A DNA stretch of 62,792 bases, the filler included, from Welwitschia mirabilis (lineage: Eukaryota): the NCBI GenBank assembly GCA_051453625.1. It is 7 parts of one record of this genome, joined end to end, with 100 filler letters (N's around TTAATTAATTAA, not from the genome) between each part and the next. Parts side by side here need not be neighbours in the genome. Positions count along the whole stretch, not along the records: positions 26,718 to 48,607 come from JBOZIK010000001.1; positions 48,708 to 53,349 come from JBOZIK010000001.1; 5 more parts are not named here. The stretch is one strand, 5' to 3'. A program made the position numbers and the translations under genes. Shown here piece by piece: positions 40,103 through 53,449 of the stretch. Numbering within the stretch: the stretch's first letter is position 1; each line of letters starts with the position of its first letter. The notes under the pieces were generated by a model. It saw nothing but the letters and a program-made list of their open reading frames with translations, did not search any database and had not been told where the DNA came from.

Positions 40103-43100
40103 TAGCCCCCTCCTTAGCCTTGTCAGTTCTTGACAAAGCAAGCAATCAATTGGATTACTGGACAATTTGTCTAAGATATAAAAAAATAATGCTTAGAAGG
40201 ATGTAAATTAAGCTCATAGAAAAATGATATCATCAATAGGTAATTAATATAAGTGCTAAAGAAAATTCCTAAGCCCCCTACTTAAGCATGTCACTCAGAA
40301 TGAAAGAATGTCATACACACATAGGAATCATAAAAAGGTATCTTGATGACTTATAAAAATAAAGTTGTGTATGCATATTATAGAACAATGATAATGGACT
40401 ATTGTAATAGCTTAATTAGTACTATTTCTGAAACATGATGTTTTGAAATTCATCAGTATCATAAAAAAATGCAAGGAACAAAAGTAAATATAGCATAATT
40501 TAAATGATTGAAAAATGTGGCTATAGAAAAACATATGAAAGTGCTATGGGATCTTGCATGATAAATTTCATGAATNNNNNNNNNNNNNNNNNNNNNNNNN
40601 NNNNNNNNNNNNNNNNNNNNNNNNNNNNNNNNNNNNNNNNNNNNNNNNNNNNNNNNNNNNNNNNNNNNNNNNNNNAGAACAAGTCCAAAAAACTGCTAAA
40701 AATGCTAAGTATTACATATTTTGCTGATCATCCTATCAGATCTTCATAATTATTAGTATTAAATCAAAAACCTTTATGAATTTCCTACAGAAGAACTCAA
40801 AATATACCATCAAATTCCCATAAATTAGCATTACAACATATCCCCCTCCTTATCCTTGTCAGTTCTTGACAAAGCAAGCGATCAATTAGATTACTAAACA
40901 ATTTGTCTAAGATTAAAAAGATAATGCTTAAAAGGATGTAAATTAACTCATAGAAAAATGATATCATCAATAGGTAATTAATATAAGTGCTAAAAAAATT
41001 CTTAAGCCCCCTACTTAAGCATTTCACTCAGAATGAAAGAATGCCATACACACATAGGAATCATAAAATGGTATCTTGATGGCTTATAAAAATAAATCTA
41101 TGTATGCATATTATAGAACAATGACAATGGACTATCGTAATAGCTTAAGTAGTACTATTTCTAAAACATGATGTTTTGAAATTCATCATTATCATCCAAA
41201 AATGCAAGGAACAAAAGTAAATATAGCATAATTTAAATGATTGAAAAATGTGACTATAGAAAAACATATGAAACTACTACAGGATCTTGTATGATAAATT
41301 TCATGAATTCTTCAAAGAATTTATTCAATTAGCATGNNNNNNNNNNNNNNNNNNNNNNNNNNNNNNNNNNNNNNNNNNNNNNNNNNNNNNNNNNNNNNNN
41401 NNNNNNNNNNNNNNNNNNNNNNNNNNNNNNNNNNNNNNNCCAATAGGATAAGTAAGGTATCCCAGATTATACCATTAAGAAAAATAGAGTGTCATCTCCT
41501 CTATTGTGGGGATGACATAGGTGAAAGACAAATATTAAAATAGCTAGTTTGGAGAGGTAGGTGAAGCTAGAAAAATGTTAAAAAATAAGAAAATGCAAAC
41601 AAGCAACCAAAAAAAGATAGCAACCTTAAAAAAATGAAGAATTATCCTTAAAAAAATAATGCATGATGAAGAAGGGCAAAGCAATAGAAGAAAAAGATGC
41701 ACCATGGGAAATAACTGCTGCTCAAAGATGTCTGAAATTTGCCCAAACGCATCGAAAGCTAGAACTCATTAGATCACAAAAGCCTATCAAAAAGAATCAA
41801 AAATCCTCGATAAAACATAACAAGAATAGAAAATGATTAGTTCCATGGTATGATGCTGAAAAAGTATGAGGAAATAACTTTGAAAATCCAAAAAAACAAC
41901 TAAAGAAAAATAAAATGAAAATGGACAACTTGGAGCATGAGGAAGATTGCTTTATTACCCTAAATGCTAACCTAACAAATTCTCATAGCAATAATCATAA
42001 AATCACTTGATTAAGGATTTATGACATAATGTAAAAATTCATAAACTTCCACTCAATTAGGAAATGATTATGATAATGTCAAGTATGCTAATGTTATCAA
42101 ATAATAAGTGATAAGATAAAAAGCTATTTAAAATACAGGTACTTACAAGCTGTTGTGTCAAAACAAATACTAAAATCTAGAAAGGAGAGTGATCATGTTG
42201 AAGTACTAAAAATCAATAAAGAAAAGCAATTTATTTTTCCATGATGAAGGGAGTACAACAACTGTCAAAAGAGTAAGGACCCATATAGCATGGCCAACTG
42301 ACCCACCAGTAGAGTTCCCACAGTTACCATATCACACTACCAAAGGCCCCTCTGGGGAATATTTGCCTGGGTGTACTTGCTATAGGACATCATGATTATC
42401 ATGTCTGTAGAGATAAAAGAGCATGGTAATTCTTCTCCTTTTTTTTTTGATATTATTCCACATGATCAAATATTTATAAGGATAAAAGTGAAGAAATAAG
42501 ATGAGTAGCAAAGTAAAATCCTATAAAAATAACTAATTACTTACATCATTGAAAGATAACAAAAGAATTAAGACATCTTCTTTCTAAATGAAGTTCATAG
42601 NNNNNNNNNNNNNNNNNNNNNNNNNNNNNNNNNNNNNNNNNNNNNNNNNNNNNNNNNNNNNNNNNNNNNNNNNNNNNNNNNNNNNNNNNNNNNNNNNNNN
42701 NNNNNNNNNNNNNNNNNNNNNNNNNNNNNNNNNNNNNNNNNNNNNNNNNNNNNNNNNNNNNNNNNNNNNNNNNNNNNNNNNNNNNNNNNNNNNNNNNNNN
42801 NNNNNNNNNNNNNNNNNNNNNNNNNNNNNNNNNNNNNNNNNNNNNNNNNNNNNNNNNNNNNNNNNNNNNNNNNNNNNNNNNNNNNNNNNNNNNNNNNNNN
42901 NNNNNNNNNNNNNNNNNNNNNNNNNNNNNNNNNNNNNNNNNNNNNNNNNNNNNNNNNNNNNNNNNNNNNNNNNNNNNNNNNNNNNNNNNNNNNNNNNNNN
43001 NNNNNNNNNNNNNNNNNNNNNNNNNNNNNNNNNNNNNNNNNNNNNNNNNNNNNNNNNNNNNNNNNNNNNNNNNNNNNNNNNNNNNNNNNNNNNNNNNNNN

Positions 43101-43327
43101 NNNNNNNNNNNNNNNNNNNNNNNNNNNNNNNNNNNNNNNNNNNNNNNNNNNNNNNNNNNNNNNNNNNNNNNNNNNNNNNNNNNNNNNNNNNNNNNNNNNN
43201 NNNNNNNNNNNNNNNNNNNNNNNNNNNNNNNNNNNNNNNNNNNNNNNNNNNNNNNNNNNNNNNNNNNNNNNNNNNNNNNNNNNNNNNNNNNNNNNNNNNN
43301 NNNNNNNNNNNNNNNNNNNNNNNNNNN

Positions 43328-46300
43328 TAGAAGAAGTTTTCAAAAGAGGTGATTATATTAAAGTGTGTTCCTTAATCACTAATGATAATTCATAGAAAAC
43401 CAAATAGTTGTGTAATGTGAGTTTGAACAAAGTTGCACATGATTCGAGCATCATTTTTTGTGCTTAGAGCAGCTTCAACCCACTTTGTAACATAATTCAT
43501 ATCTACTAAGATATAATTTTTCTTATTAGAAGGTGGTGAAATTAGTCCTACAAAGTTAATTCCCCAATAATCAAAAGGTTTACATTCAAGTATAGGTTTG
43601 ATGGATATATCATGAGAACGAGTGAGACTACCATAGTGTTGGCAAGTATCACACTTTTGAAAAAAGTCAAATGAATCCTTAAAAAGAGTTGACCAATAAA
43701 AAATAGAATGAAGAATTTTCATGATGGTCTATTGGCTACTAAAGTATCCCCCACAAACTCCACCATGATAAAGTTCTAAAATTTCTAGTGTTTCCCATTT
43801 AGGAACACATTTATGCATAATTTAATCTTTGCAACATCTATAAAGATGAGACTCATTCCATTCATAGTCACTAATCCAATGAAGAAAAGTTTTNNNNNNN
43901 NNNNNNNNNNNNNNNNNNNNNNNNNNNNNNNNNNNNNNNNNNNNNNNNNNNNNNNNNNNNNNNNNNNNNNNNNNNNNNNNNNNNNNNNNNNNNCTATAAA
44001 GATGAGACTCATTCCATTCATAGTCACTAATCCAATGAAGAAAAGTTTTTTATTGATTATGGTTCCAATGCTAAGGCATTTTTATAGTTATTAGATAATT
44101 TACAATGTTAGCATACCAAGGAGTGGGGTGAGAAGAAGAGATAGCATAAAATTATTTAATTGTAAAGATTTGTTCATCAGGAAAGGATTTATTAATGGGA
44201 GTTTAGAAGCAAGTAAGTCAAGAAAGATAGCTAGCAACATTGTTATGTTNNNNNNNNNNNNNNNNNNNNNNNNNNNNNNNNNNNNNNNNNNNNNNNNNNN
44301 NNNNNNNNGAATGGCTACATGATCCGTGTAAACATTGTTATGGAAATCAATAAGATAGTGTCAAAGACAATCTAAACAAAAGATGATATTAAGTATTTCT
44401 CTCTAAATGGTAGTGTTATTGGATTGGACACTTGTTAAAGTTTTTCTAAGGTAAGATATAACTTTAAAATCATTCTCATATTTTGACCAAGAATCCTTCC
44501 TACAACAATGTTGCTTACATCACATATAAGTTCAAAGTCTTTATTCCAATTAGAACCCGTGACAATAAGTTTGAAAGAGATGTTTTTCTTAAGAGNNNNN
44601 NNNNNNNNNNNNNNNNNNNNNNNNNNNNNNNNNNNNNNNNNNNNNNNNNNNNNNNNNNNNNNNNNNNNNNNNNNNNNNNNNNNNNNNNNNNNNNNTACAA
44701 CAATGTTGCTTACATTATATATAAGTTCAAAGTCTTTATTCTAATTAGAACCTGTGACAATAATTTTGAAAGAGATGTTTTTCTTAAGAGATTCAAAAAT
44801 GAGTTTACACAAATTGGTTCATTTAAATTTAACATGTTTTTCAAGTAAAGAATGGAGAGGTTTATAAGTTTAAGCATATTCATGGATGAATTATTAGTAA
44901 AAACTGGCATGTCCAAGAAAAGATNNNNNNNNNNNNNNNNNNNNNNNNNNNNNNNNNNNNNNNNNNNNNNNNNNNNNNNNNNNNNNNNNNNNNNNNNNNN
45001 NNNNNNNNNNNNNNNNNNNNAAAACAATTCCATATTGGACAAGAAAGAAACTCTTTTCCTAGCTTAAGTGTAAACCACTTTCAATACATCAACCAACTAT
45101 TTTTTCTAACATCATTATATTTTGTTCAAAAGTATCACCAAAGATGGAGAAGTCATCCATAAGGATTTTAATAGAGCCTTCTATCATATCAGAAAAAAAT
45201 TTTATCATAGCTTGTTGAAAGGTTCTAGAGGTATTTTAAAGTCCAAAGGGCATTCGTTTAAAAGCNNNNNNNNNNNNNNNNNNNNNNNNNNNNNNNNNNN
45301 NNNNNNNNNNNNNNNNNNNNNNNNNNNNNNNNNNNNNNNNNNNNNNNNNNNNNNNNNNNNNNNNNGCCTTCTATCATATCAAAAAATATTTTTATCATAG
45401 CTTGTTAAAAGGTTCTAGAGGCATTGCAAAGTCCAAAGGGCATTCGTTTAAAAGCAAACATTCCAAAAAGGGATGTAAAGGTAGTTTTAGCTTGGTCTTC
45501 ACTTACTATGCAAATCCAATTATAGCCACTATATTTATCAAGAGAATAATAATATTCATAACCTTGGATTCTATCAAGAACTTAATCAAGAAAGGATAAA
45601 GGGTAATGATCTTTTTTAATGACCTCATTGAGTTTTCTAAAATCAATGCACATTATCAATTTTCCTTCTTTCTTTGACACTACTATTAAAGTACTAACCC
45701 ACTTACTATCATTCTGGCATAAATAATTCCAGCATCCATAAGTTTAATGATTTCANNNNNNNNNNNNNNNNNNNNNNNNNNNNNNNNNNNNNNNNNNNNN
45801 NNNNNNNNNNNNNNNNNNNNNNNNNNNNNNNNNNNNNNNNNNNNNNNNNNNNNNNATAATTCTAGCATTCATAAGTTTAATGATTTCATCTTTGAAAATT
45901 TGTTTAAGGGTTGGATTTAGTCTTCTTTAAGATTACCTAATAGGTTTAGAATTATCCTCAAGATAGATTTTATGTTGAACTATGGAAAGAGGAATAGCGT
46001 CTATCTCTCTATGTATCCAAGCAAAGGCATTTTTCTTTGATTTTAAGAATGAGGTCAAATCCACTTCTTATTAAGAAGTAAGAAGGTCACTGATTATTAG
46101 GGGTTTCATTTGATTTTTAGACAGAAATATGTATTTTAGACCTTGGGGTAATTTCTTAAGCTCATAAGTATTATGTTAGGCTATCGTCCTGTTTGTCATG
46201 GGGATGACAATCATGGGATGACACTCTTCAAAAAGATTTTATATTGAGTATGGATGTTAAATTTCTTTCTTATCTTTGAAAACCTAATCCTTAGACTCAA

Positions 46301-47821
46301 GATAGTTTATTTCAGTTGGCTTATAATACAAAGTTGACTCATGTAGCATGATTAATATCTCTTCTATGGGTTGATGTTGTAAAAACAAAGTTAGTTTAAA
46401 GTCATCTTTAATGTGGAAATCAATTCCTGTGTCTTTTTCAGCAGCATCAAAGACTCTAATGGTATTTTCTTTATTATCAAAGTGGTATCTCATCATTCCA
46501 GATTAGGTGTCAATGATACAATGGGAACTAGCAAAAAAGGCTCTTTGTAGAAGTAGTGGATATTCTCTATCATGCTCTATTTCAATTATGTTAATATTAA
46601 TGGGATAAAAAGCTTCCTCAATTTAGATAACTAAATCTTTGATAATTCCTAGAGGTTTCTTGATTGAGGTATCAGCTAACTCTAGGATGATAAGTATAGG
46701 TTTAACTATGATTTCTAACCTAAGTCTTTTACATATATGAAGAGAAATGATGTTTACACTTGCATTAATGTTAATTAAATCCTTTCTAATTCTTTTGTTT
46801 CCTTCTAAAGTAACACTAACAGTTGCAGCCCCAAGATCTTTAAATAGTACATTTTNNNNNNNNNNNGTTAGAAAGAGATTGAAAAAAAAAACTTTACTAG
46901 GAATGATACATTTTTGCTTTCTTCTTACTAAGTATTTTCATAACTTAGAACATTTAGGGTTTTCTTTCAAGAGTTTCCAAAAGGGAATATTGATGTAAAC
47001 TTCTTGCATCAAGGATTTTAAGTGTTTATCAAATGTAGGATTTGTGTTCAATCTATCAAGCCATGGAGTGGATGGTGTCTTCTCTTTGTTTTCTTTTGAA
47101 TTATATTTAGTGGATGCTTTAGTAGGTAACGTGAAAGGAAGGTTATAAGAGTCTAAGATTTCTACATCATCTTTCTCATTTGATTCATTTTGTTTAGAAG
47201 TCGAAACCTCATGGGTAGGAGGTTTTGTATCTTTTCCACTTCTTATAATAATTTTTAGATCTCTCCTAACTTCATTTGGGTTGGGCATTGGTTGGGAAGC
47301 AAGGGACTCTTATGGTCTTTAGTTGGCAATCAGTCTTTGTTGAAGCATATTTACTAGGTCCTCAATGTTGCTATTAGTTTTCTCTTGCACTCTCCTCATT
47401 TCTTCAATGGATTCTCTAAGAATATCATTCAGATTTTGTTGAAAATTTGGTTGAAAGTTAGAACTCTTAAATCTATTTTANNNNNNNNNNNNNNNNNNNN
47501 NNNNNNNNNNNNNNNNNNNNNNNNNNNNNNNNNNNNNNNNNNNNNNNNNNNNNNNNNNNNNNNNNNNNNNNNNNNNNNNNAATTTTTAAATCTCTCCTAA
47601 CTTCATTTGGGTTGGGAATTGGTTGAGAAGCAAGGGACTCTTATGGTCTTTAGTTGGCAATCATTCTTTGTTAAAGCATATTTACTAGGTTCCCAATGTT
47701 GCTATTAGTTTTCTCTTGCACTCTTCTCATTCCTTCAATGGATTATCTAAGAAGATCATTCAGATTTTGTTGAAAACTTGGTTGAAAGTTAGAACTCTTG
47801 AATCTATTTTTAAATGGTTTC
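43328..47821 (-). pseudogene. Athila-like element C gag(C-terminal)-protease-RT-RNase H-integrase (disrupted)
   Basis: Integrase: YWSTLFKD...CDTCQ...WGINFVG...YILVDMNYVTKWVEA (43390-43722). RT: KLMDAGIIY, MPFGL and ILMDDFSI (~45150). Protease region at 46500-46850. Gag: PNPNEVR...TPWLDRLNT, matching element A. Confidence 0.92.
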
Positions 47822-50800
47822 TGATAGTGGAGGATCAATCCTAGAGGGAGATGAATAGGTCTTTTAAGTTCTATTTCCTTGTTGTTCACAACCTGTAAAA
47901 ACAATAAATATAAAGAAATACTAAAACAAGGTATTTAATGAGAGATTAACATCACCCTTNNNNNNNNNNNNNNNNNNNNNNNNNNNNNNNNNNNNNNNNN
48001 NNNNNNNNNNNNNNNNNNNNNNNNNNNNNNNNNNNNNNNNNNNNNNNNNNNNNNNNNNNNNNNNNNNNNNNNNNNNNNNNNNNNNNNNNNNNNNNNNNNN
48101 NNNNNNNNNNNNNNNNNNNNNNNNNNNNNNNNNNNNNNNNNNNNNNNNNNNNNNNNNNNNNNNNNNNNNNNNNNNNNNNNNNNNNNNNNNNNNNNNNNNN
48201 NNNNNNNNNNNNNNNNNNNNNNNNNNNNNNNNNNNNNNNNNNNNNNNNNNNNNNNNNNNNNNNNNNNNNNNNNNNNNNNNNNNNNNNNNNNNNNNNNNNN
48301 NNNNNNNNNNNNNNNNNNNNNNNNNNNNNNNNNNNTTGTGTCTTTTAAGAAATCCTTATACTTTTTTTAATGAACCATTATATTCATAATGATTACAATT
48401 TTCTTTCATATGGTTGACCTTACCTAATACTTTGGTTACTTGCATCAGTGGTCTCCTTTATCCTATCATTTTCTTGTCCTTTCTTGTCATAGATTTCTCA
48501 ATATAGAATAGATGCAAATTCGGTCACCCTTATGAAAAGAATCGGTCACCCTTAACTAGGTAGTCCTAACCATTTTTAGCTGGTCAATCTTTTGAGAGGA
48601 GATTCTANNNNNNNNNNNNNNNNNNNNNNNNNNNNNNNNNNNNNNNNNNNNTTAATTAATTAANNNNNNNNNNNNNNNNNNNNNNNNNNNNNNNNNNNNN
48701 NNNNNNNTTCTGATTTTTTCCCCCTTTTGACAAGCGTCACATAACCCTTTGTGAGAAAAAGATGTTTTAGGAAGACTCTAACTATCTCATCATGACATAA
48801 TTTTTTCAAAGTGTTAAACCTAATGTAACCTAAATATTGATGCTAGATAACATCATCTTGAGTATGAGAAGATAGACATGTAGAGTTATTTAATTAATTT
48901 ACACAATACACATTTTCATGTTTATTTGCTATAATTAANNNNNNNNNNNNNNNNNNNNNNNNNNNNNNNNNNNNNNNNNNNNNNNNNNNNNNNNNNNNNN
49001 NNNNNNNNNNNNNNNNNNNNNNNNNNNNNNNNNNNNNNTTTATTCTTAAACTCTTTACCATGATCACTTTGTATTTTCTTTATTACATATCCCTTTTTGG
49101 TTTGAAGCTTCTTGCAAATTTTAACGAAATTTTCATAGGCATCAGATTTTGCATGCAAAAATGTTACCCAAGAAAATCTAGAGAAATTTTCAACCATAAC
49201 TAGTAAATATATTTTTTTAGATAAACTCACAGTTTAAGTAGGTCCAACTAAATCCATATGAATTAAATCTAAGGATTTACTAGTTGTGATATCACTAACC
49301 TTTTTATAAGATGTTCTGGTTTGTTTTCCCTTTTGACAAGCATCACATAGCCCTTTATGAGAAAAATAAATTTTAGGAAGACCCCTTAACTATCTCATCA
49401 CGACATAATTTTTTTAAAGTATCAAAACTAATGTGACCTAAATACTGATGCTAGATAACATCTTCTTGAGTATGAAAAGATAGACATCTAGAGTTATTCA
49501 ATTGATTTACATAACACACATTTTCATGTCTATTTGCTACAAGTAATGGTTGATTAGTTTTGTCATGTTTCACAATACATTTATTTTCATCGAAAAAGAC
49601 TTTATGACTGTTATCATAAATCTAACTAATGCTTAACAAATTATCCTTCAATACATGGATAAATAAAACATTATAAATATTTGGTAAGTTACCTCCACCG
49701 ATGCTTCCAATTCCTTTAATTTAAGCTCTTTCATTATCCTCAAAAATGAATCTCCTTCATTGTATTCTTTGAAGCTGATGAAGTTTGATTTGTCACCTAT
49801 CATATGCCTTAAGCATCCACTATCTAAATACCAACAATAATGATTAGTTGCTTTTAAAGCCATTTGGATCAATAGGCTTTTGGTTATAGACTTCAGAATC
49901 AACCTCAGGCATTTATTTCTATTTGCAACAAGATGAGATTTTTTCGGTAAAATTAAAATTAGATCCTAAAAGGGAGTGATGAAACCAACTTTTGCTAAAG
50001 ATACAATCTATCTTAGAATGATTCTTTTTGTTGTAATAATGGTAGGTGATATTAGCTAAAGAATTTTTGGAATCTTCTTTAGACAAGGGTTTGAAATGTA
50101 AGTAGTGATAAGAATTAAATAAGCTAAAGAATGCTTTTCTAGAGGCTTAATCCTTAACTCTATAGGCGGCTGAGGTAAGGGTATTTAAGTCTTTAATTTC
50201 CTTTTCCCTAATCTAAATCTTATCTAAAAGGAGTTTATTTTCTTTTCTTAGGTGATTTACTCTATAAGCTAGATTTTGACATTCCAAATATAATTTTAAT
50301 TTAATATTATTAAGCTTATCTTTACTAATAATTGAATCAATTTGAGAAGTATAATATACCTTTTCATTAATAATAGTCATGAGATAGATACCACCACATT
50401 TTAAATATGAGTTTTGTTTAATTTTACTTTCTTCATCATTTCATATTGTATACAGGACTTTCTTTTCCTTTTTTTTATTATATTTTCTATTATTAAGGTA
50501 GACATTTGATGTGTAACCAAAACCTTTGCAAGAATAACATTAAATTTCACAATGTCCTTCATCTTTCCTTCTTGGTGGTCTCCTAGACTGACCTCCACCT
50601 TGTCATCTCTTCATGAAGCATCTAATCCTTTGGCTAAAAAAGCTACTTTANNNNNNNNNNNNNNNNNNNNNNNNNNNNNNNNNNNNNNNNNNNNNNNNNN
50701 NNNNNNNNNNNNNNNNNNNNNNNNNNNNNNNNNNNNNNNNNNNNNNNNNNNNNNNNNNNNNNNNNNNNNNNNNNNNNNNNNNNNNNNNNNNNNNNNNNNN

Positions 50801-52446
50801 NNNNNNNNNNNNNNNNNNNNNNNNNNNNNNNNNNNNNNNNNNNNNNNNNNNNNNNNNNNNNNNNNNNNNNNNNNNNNNNNNNNNNNNNNNNNNNNNNNNN
50901 NNNNNNNNNNNNNNNNNNNNNNNNNNNNNNNNNNNNNNNNNNNNNNNNNNNNNNNNNNNNNNNNNNNNNNNNNNNNNNNNNNNNNNNNNATAGGTGATCA
51001 GCATTTTAAAGCTTAAACTACTTTACTAAATTTATTCTTTTGTGAGTGGTTTCTAAGATATCCCATGATTTTTTGGTAGTGATGTAGTTCACAACTCTTT
51101 TAAAATATTCTAGAGCTATATCATAGAAGATAGCATTTAGGCCTTTGAAGTTTCATGTTATAACTTGTTTCTTGTCCTATGTTCATTTGTCCTTGCTTTT
51201 TGGAATTGCTAACTTGGTAACTAGATCCTGCACAGTACAAGAACAATACCCATTAATAATAGACTCCTAGATTTCCAGTTCAATCGAAGAAGGGAGATCT
51301 TATAACAGAATTTTCTTTAGTGGTTGACTCATTTTCTAAGGATGAGTGAAGCAGAGATCTGTTAGGATCTATTACTCAACCTAGCTCTGATACCAATTGA
51401 TAGTAGAGGATTGACTCTAAAGAGGGATAAATACGTTTTTTAAATTCTGTTTCCTTGTTGTTTACGACCTACAAAAATAATAAATATAAAGAAATACTAA
51501 AATAATGTATTTAATGGTGGATAGACACCACCCTTTAGCTTTGTAGAATCATTGTCCTAGCTAGCATATATTTGCTTACAAGAATGGTTTTTAGGCTCAT
51601 CAAATAATCTTTCACAATCAATGATGATTTTAAGGCTTATCCTCAACCATGAATGAATGATAGAGACAAGGATGCACAAATGCACAGATGTCTTCTCTAA
51701 AGTATAACAATCTTTTTCTTAAGGAAATACAATGATGCAAGTATAATAGAAATCTAAATTTGAAGATTGTTTAGATGTGCTAGGAGAAAGTATAACAGTC
51801 CATATTCAATCTTAGATTTTACAAGTTAGTATCTTATCCTCTATTAAATAGAGGAGAGCTTTTATACTCAAGATATACTAAGTGACCATTTCTACAGGAA
51901 GAACTGAATTGTTGTAATTTCTAAGGAACTGTTGCATTTTTTCTAATGTACCGTTATATTCATAACAGTTACATTTTTCCATTGTACAGTTGACTTTATG
52001 TAATACTTTGGTACTTGCATCTACAGTCGTCCTTATTCTAACATTTGATCATCCTTGCTTATTGCAGATTTCTCAATACAGAATAGGTGCAAATTCAGTT
52101 GCCCTCATGAAAAGAATCGGTTACCTTAAGTAAGTTTCCCTAATCATTTTTACCCAGTTGACCATTTGAGAGGAGATTCTGGGTAGAATGCGGTTGCTTG
52201 ATACCTTTTTATTTAGTCAATCTAAAATTACTAGATTTATGTTCTACTAATTGTCATGTGGTCGCCCATCAAGAAATTGGCAGTTGCCCATACTACTATC
52301 AAATAGATTTTTAATATATGTGCTGCGGTCATTTGTCCATCCTACTATTAAATTGGATTTTACTACATGTGCTGTGGTAACCCATAGAAGTGTAATCGGT
52401 CATCCATCCTATTATTATATTGGATCTAACTGAGTGAAATGCAGTT
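47822..52446 (-). mobile_element. Ty1/copia (Sirevirus-like) element nested in the gag of Athila C
   Basis: Two related LTRs begin at 47822 (tgatagtggaggatc) and 51398 (tgatagtagaggatt). The PBS complement gctctgatacca is at 51384-51395. Protease WYLDSGCLRHMIGD and integrase YLLVMVENFSRFSWVTFL...IQSDHGKEF are present. RT/RNase H are absent across the linker at 48608-48707. Confidence 0.88.
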
Positions 52447-52798
52447 NNNNNNNNNNNNNNNNNNNNNNNNNNNNNNNNNNNNNNNNNNNNNNNNNNNNNN
52501 NNNNNNNNNNNNNNNNNNNNNNNNNNNNNNNNNNNNNNNNNNNNNNNNNNNNNNNNNNNNNNNNNNNNNNNNNNNNNNNNNNNNNNNNNNNNNNNNNNNN
52601 NNNNNNNNNNNNNNNNNNNNNNNNNNNNNNNNNNNNNNNNNNNNNNNNNNNNNNNNNNNNNNNNNNNNNNNNNNNNNNNNNNNNNNNNNNNNNNNNNNNN
52701 NNNNNNNNNNNNNNNNNNNNNNNNNNNNNNNNNNNNNNNNNNNNNNNNNNNNNNNNNNNNNNNNNNNNNNNNNNNNNNNNNNNNNNNNNNNNNNNNNN

Positions 52799-53349
52799 GA
52801 TGAGAGTCATCTTTACAAAGTTTATAGTTTGAGGTTGAGGTTTCATTTCTTACTACTTTTGCATCAACTATTATTTGAGTATAATTTTTTAAAGTAGTAG
52901 TAAAATATTTCATTAGGCTAATTAAATCATCTCTTTCTTCTACCTTGTTATGCTTTACTTTTTTTAGATCTTTTATAATTTATCCTATAGTACAATTTTC
53001 TTTAGTGGAATTAGGCCAAGTTTTACTTATTTCTACCAAATTCTCTAGCACACTCCATGCATCATCTAAGCTTTATTTCAACTAGTTGCCTCCATAAGAA
53101 AAGTCTACAAGTTGTTTTTTTAAAGTATTTAATCCACTATAATATTCTAGCTCTTCTTTATAACATCCATCAATAAGGTTGGAATGGCTACAAATTATGA
53201 AATGTTTATAAGTGATTTCATAATCCTCATAAGTTTGTTGTTGGAAGTTGGTTATTTCTTTTTTTCTCTTCCTCATAGTACTTTCACTTAAAAATATTTT
53301 AATGAACACTTGTTACACCTGACTCCAAGATTTAAGAATTTTATGTGGA
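52799..53349 (-). pseudogene. Athila-like gag, N-terminal/middle part (probable continuation of element C)
   Basis: FIKIFLSESTMRKRKKEITNFQQ...YYSGLNTLKKQLVDFSYGGN, MKYFTTTL and YKLCKDDSH are homologous to element A gag at 14000-14570. Confidence 0.8.
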
Positions 53350-53449
53350 NNNNNNNNNNNNNNNNNNNNNNNNNNNNNNNNNNNNNNNNNNNNTTAATTA
53401 ATTAANNNNNNNNNNNNNNNNNNNNNNNNNNNNNNNNNNNNNNNNNNNN

